Shown: one piece after another, positions 60,225 to 64,000 of the stretch
Layout of the letters: every line of letters starts with the position of its first letter
Numbering within the stretch: position 1 is the first letter of the stretch
Origin: Haloactinopolyspora alba
GTDB taxonomy: Bacteria; Actinomycetota; Actinomycetes; Jiangellales; Jiangellaceae
NCBI RefSeq assembly: GCF_003014555.1
Contig: NZ_PYGE01000003.1
Coordinates: 194,206 to 258,205 of the forward strand
Direction: 5' to 3'
Length of the DNA stretch: 64,000 nucleotides
Made by a program: the position numbers and the translations under genes
The notes under the pieces: generated by a model
Told to the model about the DNA's origin: nothing
Database searches by the model: none
What the model saw: the letters and a program-made list of their open reading frames with translations, nothing else

Positions 60225-61403
60225 GTGCCCATCCGACGCGCCGCACTCGTCCTGGTGGTGACACTCACCGCCGCTTCCTGCGCCGGAGGCGACGACGACA
60301 CGTCGAGTACCTCGCCGCCGGCTCGCACCACCAGCTCGCCACCGGCCACGAACTCGTCACCGGCCACGACACCGCCACAGGCGAGCCTGGCGCCGTCCAC
60401 GCCGTCGACGAGGACGCCGGTACCCGGCGGGCCGGTCGTACCGACGAGCGGAGAGGAGATCGTCACCGGCCTCGACGCCCCGTGGAGCATCGCGTTCCTG
60501 AACGAGAACGCGGCGCTGGTGTCGCAGCGCGACGAAGGAACCATCGTGCGGGTGGACGACCGAGGAAACGTGACCGAGGTCGGCGAGGTGCCGGGTGTCG
60601 CCGGCGAGGGCGAGGGCGGGCTCCTGGGCATCGCGTTCGACCCGGCCGCGCCGTCGACGCTCTACGTCTACGCCACCATGGGTGACGAGAATGTCGTCGT
60701 CCGCACGAGGTACGTCGACGGGTCGTTCGGCGAGTTCGAGACCGTTCTGGACGGCATCCCCGCCGGGTTCCGGCACGACGGCGGCAGGCTGCTGTTCGGC
60801 CCAGACGGCATGCTGTACGTCGCCACCGGCGAGACCGGGAATCCCGACGAGGCGCAGAACCTCGACAGTCTCGCCGGCAAGATCCTGCGCATCACGCCGG
60901 ACGGCGAAGTCCCGCCCGGCAATCCGTTCGACGGCTCGCCGATCTACTCCTACGGACACCGCAACGTCGAAGGGCTCGCGTTCGACGACGAAGGGCGACT
61001 CTGGGCCAGCGAGTTCGGTGATCGGGAGGCCGACGAACTGAACCGCATCGAGCCGGGCGGCAACTACGGCTGGCCCGCGGTGGAAGGCATCGCCGAGGGC
61101 GACGAGTACATCGACCCGGTGGTGGAGTGGTCCCCGACCTCCGTCGCGTCGCCGAGCGGGCTGGCCTACGTACGTGACACCTTCTTCGTCGCCGCCCTGC
61201 GCGGGGAGCGGCTCTGGCGGGTACCGGTCGTCGACGGTGACGCCGGTGAGCCGACCAGCTTCGTCGAGGACCGCGGCCGGCTGCGCGACGTCGCCGTCGC
61301 GCCGGACGGAACGCTGTGGGTGATGACCAACAACACGGACGGACGCGGCGATCCGCGCGAAGGCGACGACCGCATCCTGCGCTTCGAGCTCGCCGCCGGC
61401 TGA
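60225..61403 (+). CDS. PQQ-dependent sugar dehydrogenase (soluble GDH-like beta-propeller) lipoprotein
   Basis: The proposed GTG start gives VPIRRAALVLVVTLTAASC (lipobox); the LDAPWSIAF and YGHRNVEG motifs of sGDH are present. Confidence 0.75.
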   Translation: MPIRRAALVLVVTLTAASCAGGDDDTSSTSPPARTTSSPPATNSSPATTPPQASLAPSTPSTRTPVPGGPVVPTSGEEIVTGLDAPWSIAFLNENAALVSQRDEGTIVRVDDRGNVTEVGEVPGVAGEGEGGLLGIAFDPAAPSTLYVYATMGDENVVVRTRYVDGSFGEFETVLDGIPAGFRHDGGRLLFGPDGMLYVATGETGNPDEAQNLDSLAGKILRITPDGEVPPGNPFDGSPIYSYGHRNVEGLAFDDEGRLWASEFGDREADELNRIEPGGNYGWPAVEGIAEGDEYIDPVVEWSPTSVASPSGLAYVRDTFFVAALRGERLWRVPVVDGDAGEPTSFVEDRGRLRDVAVAPDGTLWVMTNNTDGRGDPREGDDRILRFELAAG

Positions 61404-61523
61404 GTCCGCGGTGGTCCGGGCTTTCCCATGCCGGGTCGTCAGGGTCACCCTGGCATGCGGAATCCGGGAACGATCGTCAGTGAGACGGAACCATTGTCGA
61501 TCTTCGGGCCCTACCGTTGAGGC

Positions 61524-62321
61524 ATGACCGATCAGCTCCGACCACGCGAGGCCGACCAGCCGGTCGGACCGCGCCCGATCCGGCGCAGCCTCTCCGTCGC
61601 CGGGGTGGTCGCCATCGGGTTCGCCGGCATCACGGCGCTGTCCTGGATCACGCATTCCAGCGATCGCGTCGACATCGACGAACGGATCGACCGCGTGGAG
61701 ATCGACGTCGCTACTGGCCACGTGGAGATCGTCGGGTCGCCCGCTGGTGAGACGGCGCTGGAGTTCGAGGTCGAGTCCGGCTGGAGCAGAGACGGCAGGG
61801 TCGAGCACGACGTCGACGACGGCACCCTGCGCGTGCACGGCGGGTGCGACTCGGGGGTGTTCCTCGGCCTGTGGTGCGAATCCGACGTCACGGTGACCGT
61901 TCCCACCGACGCCGTCGTCACCGCCGAAGCCTCCGCCGGATCGATCTCCGCAACCGGGCTGTCCGGGACGACCGAGCTCGAGGCCAGCGCCGGCGAGATC
62001 CGGATCGAAGATCAGACCGGGCCGCTGACCGCCCACTCCGCCGGAGGTCGGGTCACTGTCGACGGTCTCGCCACCGACGTCGCCAAGGTCACGTCGAGCG
62101 CCGGTCCCGTTACCGTCCATGCCGTGCGCGCGCCGGATTCACTCGACGCCGAGTCCAGCGCCGACGACGTCACCGTGACGCTGCCCGATGACGTGTCGTA
62201 CGACGTCGAAAGCGACTCCAGCACCGGCGACGCGACAGTGGGCGTGCCGACCGCGGCAGGATCGGTGTACAAGGTCCGCGCCTTCTCCAGCGCGGGCGCC
62301 GTGGACGTCCGTACCCGCTGA
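61524..62321 (+). CDS. DUF4097-like beta-strand repeat protein (putative adhesin)
   Basis: An N-terminal TM helix and repeated V-x-V-x-T/S strands. Confidence 0.55.
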   Translation: MTDQLRPREADQPVGPRPIRRSLSVAGVVAIGFAGITALSWITHSSDRVDIDERIDRVEIDVATGHVEIVGSPAGETALEFEVESGWSRDGRVEHDVDDGTLRVHGGCDSGVFLGLWCESDVTVTVPTDAVVTAEASAGSISATGLSGTTELEASAGEIRIEDQTGPLTAHSAGGRVTVDGLATDVAKVTSSAGPVTVHAVRAPDSLDAESSADDVTVTLPDDVSYDVESDSSTGDATVGVPTAAGSVYKVRAFSSAGAVDVRTR

Positions 62322-62346
62322 ACCCGTCGGCGGGGCGCCTTTCCCG

Positions 62347-62402
62347 CTCATGATCATCGGCACTTTCCCGCCCATATGACGGTGAACTGCCGATGATCAC
62401 CG
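62347..62402. repeat. Nested-palindrome repeat element copy 3 (family A)
   Basis: CATGATCATCGGCACTTTCCCGCC-catatgacgg-TGAACTGCCGATGATCACCG lies directly after the stop of the preceding gene. Confidence 0.75.
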
Positions 62403-62540
62403 TTGTGGGTTCAGGAGATCCGGGGAACCCGGCACACCGACCGGCGCCGCCGTGGTTGGATCTTGGTCACGGCCTCGCTCACGGGGCCTCGGATGCCGCC
62501 GTCCAGCTTCAACCGGGCCCGTAGGAGGACCAGCGTCACC

Positions 62541-63203
62541 ATGGCGACACGCACCACACGTGAGAAGCGCAGGCCCGGACAGGGCGCTGTGGGCGCCGGC
62601 GTGACGGCGATCGTGCTCGTCCTCAGCGCCTGCGGCGGCGACGAGAACGACCCCGTCGCCGAACCCACCGGATCCGGAACACCATCGCCGGCGCTCACCG
62701 CTCCGCCGACGACCACGCCGGAGGAAAAGGCCGAAGCGGAGATCAAAGCGACCTTCAAGACCCTCATTGCCAACCGCGACGAGTTCTACTCGAACGCCAG
62801 CGATTACAGCGTCAACGAAGTACAGGCGAACGCACCGTCGACCGAGTGGAATGTGACTGGCCAGGCGGACCTTGAACTCTCGAATTGGACTCGTAGCTGG
62901 CGAACCGCGACTGAACTAGAACAGATCGGTGACACTATCATCGCCAGGCATGAGGTCACCAATATCGATTTGAACGTCACCGACTCCGGCATTCATGAAG
63001 CCACAACGACAGCATGCATGAACATGACCACGCTAACCTTCGAGACTTACGACGGACAACCGGCCGACGACTCGTTCGAACCAGACAAATATCAGACCTG
63101 GACCATGAACTGGACCTACTTCCCCAATGCCGGGCCGGACGAGGGGGAAGATCCCGGGTGGTATATTCAGACGATCGACCTGACAAGAAATCGGCCATGC
63201 TAG
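62541..63203 (+). CDS. Lipoprotein, hypothetical (3' half low GC)
   Basis: A signal peptide plus lipobox (VLVLSAC); A/T-ending codons over 62800-63200. Confidence 0.5.
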   Translation: MATRTTREKRRPGQGAVGAGVTAIVLVLSACGGDENDPVAEPTGSGTPSPALTAPPTTTPEEKAEAEIKATFKTLIANRDEFYSNASDYSVNEVQANAPSTEWNVTGQADLELSNWTRSWRTATELEQIGDTIIARHEVTNIDLNVTDSGIHEATTTACMNMTTLTFETYDGQPADDSFEPDKYQTWTMNWTYFPNAGPDEGEDPGWYIQTIDLTRNRPC

Positions 63204-64000
63204 GTCGATCGATCGCGACAGGTCGTGGTCTAGTCACATCCACCAGTGCCGTCGTTCTCCTCGCAATCGTCCCCATTGCTAGCGCCAACGAGAATGACTG
63301 CCCGCCTGGCATGGTATACATCGGGTATGGATGTGCCGATCCGCCCTCGGACTACGACGGTGATGAAAACGACCCGGACCAGCCAGGTCGACCGCCTTCC
63401 ACGGGCTGCTCGCAGAAGAACCCGGCGGTCAGCCCAGCACCATGCGAAATGGACGGTTACACGTTCAGTCAAGACCGTGACCGGTACTTTAAAGCCCTAG
63501 AATCCAACGAGAATGAACGTTATCGACCGCCGGACGGTGACCTCGCCCACCTCGGTCACTGGACTGGCCCACCTGGCCAGGGCCATATTTACGAATGGCG
63601 GAAACTCGCTGGCTGGGGTGGTGGAATCAACTGGGGTGCGCGCGGTCTCATGTGGTTGCCCTCTGGGCCGGCGGCGCCGGAGCCGGTGGATCCGGAGGCG
63701 CTGGCCCGTCAAGTGCTCTCCGGCATGAACCTCGAACCGGTCGACATCGGAATGGCGCCCACGCCGATCGAGCAGGATCCGGACTCGATGGGGTTGGTCG
63801 GCGCGCCGAACTGGATGTGGGTACGAGACCCCGGCCCGACGACGTGGGGGCCGCTCACCGACACCGGCTCGGAGGGAGCCGTCACCGTCACGGTCGCCGC
63901 GCAGGTCGACGAGGCCGTCTGGGACATGGGCGACGGCAGCAGCGTCACCTGCACGTCCCCCGGCGACCCGTACGACACGGCCTACGGTGTTCGTGAGTCG
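63197..64000 (+). CDS. Secreted hypothetical protein, 3' partial (not in the ORF track because it has no stop in the window)
   Basis: From an ATG at 63197 the frame stays open to the window edge; the signal peptide reads MLGRSIATGRGLVTSTSAVVLLAIVPIASA; the 5' part has low GC and atypical codon usage. Confidence 0.45.
   Translation, partial: MLGRSIATGRGLVTSTSAVVLLAIVPIASANENDCPPGMVYIGYGCADPPSDYDGDENDPDQPGRPPSTGCSQKNPAVSPAPCEMDGYTFSQDRDRYFKALESNENERYRPPDGDLAHLGHWTGPPGQGHIYEWRKLAGWGGGINWGARGLMWLPSGPAAPEPVDPEALARQVLSGMNLEPVDIGMAPTPIEQDPDSMGLVGAPNWMWVRDPGPTTWGPLTDTGSEGAVTVTVAAQVDEAVWDMGDGSSVTCTSPGDPYDTAYGVRES

Noticed and set aside
63595-63996. The listed 133-aa ORF, and 63246..63500 and 63709..63978.
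   Set aside because: They are Gly/Arg-rich in alternative frames. A frame-2 ORF from 63197 with a signal peptide spans the whole region and is the more plausible gene.

Overview
This is a roughly 70% GC actinobacterial chromosomal segment, densely coding, with many 4-bp ATGA/GTGA translationally coupled gene junctions. I found no rRNA, tRNA, CRISPR-cas or transposase genes. Many listed long ORFs are antisense or out-of-frame artefacts of the high GC content; true gene starts were re-derived from conserved N-termini and ribosome-binding sites, so coordinates are best estimates within a few nt. Content runs, left to right: (1) a sugar-uptake operon (ABC substrate-binding protein plus two permeases, no ATPase) that carries a signal-less Cys-type sulfatase, a Gfo/Idh/MocA oxidoreductase and a 2-hydroxyacid dehydrogenase, next to a ROK regulator. 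(2) A conserved branched-chain amino acid, serine and thiamine block (cimA, ilvE, a glycerophosphodiester phosphodiesterase, leuB, serA, tenA-thiD under a TPP riboswitch), which continues further right with ilvC, ilvN, ilvB and ilvD. (3) An Lrp regulator with an EamA exporter, a Clp-N-domain/HTH gene pair, an iron-box-controlled orphan siderophore-binding lipoprotein, and a metallophosphoesterase fused to a beta-propeller. (4) A TetR-regulated pair of ABC exporters and an SPFH-domain protein. (5) An 11-kb co-directional catabolic gene string of unknown substrate (enolase-superfamily dehydratase, aldehyde dehydrogenase, PfkA-type kinase, ABC importer, two Zn-alcohol dehydrogenases, two LacD-like class I aldolases, plus GntR and DeoR regulators). 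(6) A PhzE-like fused anthranilate/aminodeoxyisochorismate synthase, a LysE exporter and a VOC/AraC pair. (7) Redox, secreted and lipoprotein genes, ending in a low-GC island that is probably horizontally acquired. The main non-coding discoveries are a family of about 56-bp nested-palindrome repeat elements that sit at gene 3' ends and supply stop codons, a tandem array of three related hairpin units between ilvE and cimA, and two leader-peptide-plus-terminator attenuators. The first attenuator is an Ile-codon leader upstream of cimA; the second is an Ile/Leu/Val-rich 24-aa leader upstream of ilvB.
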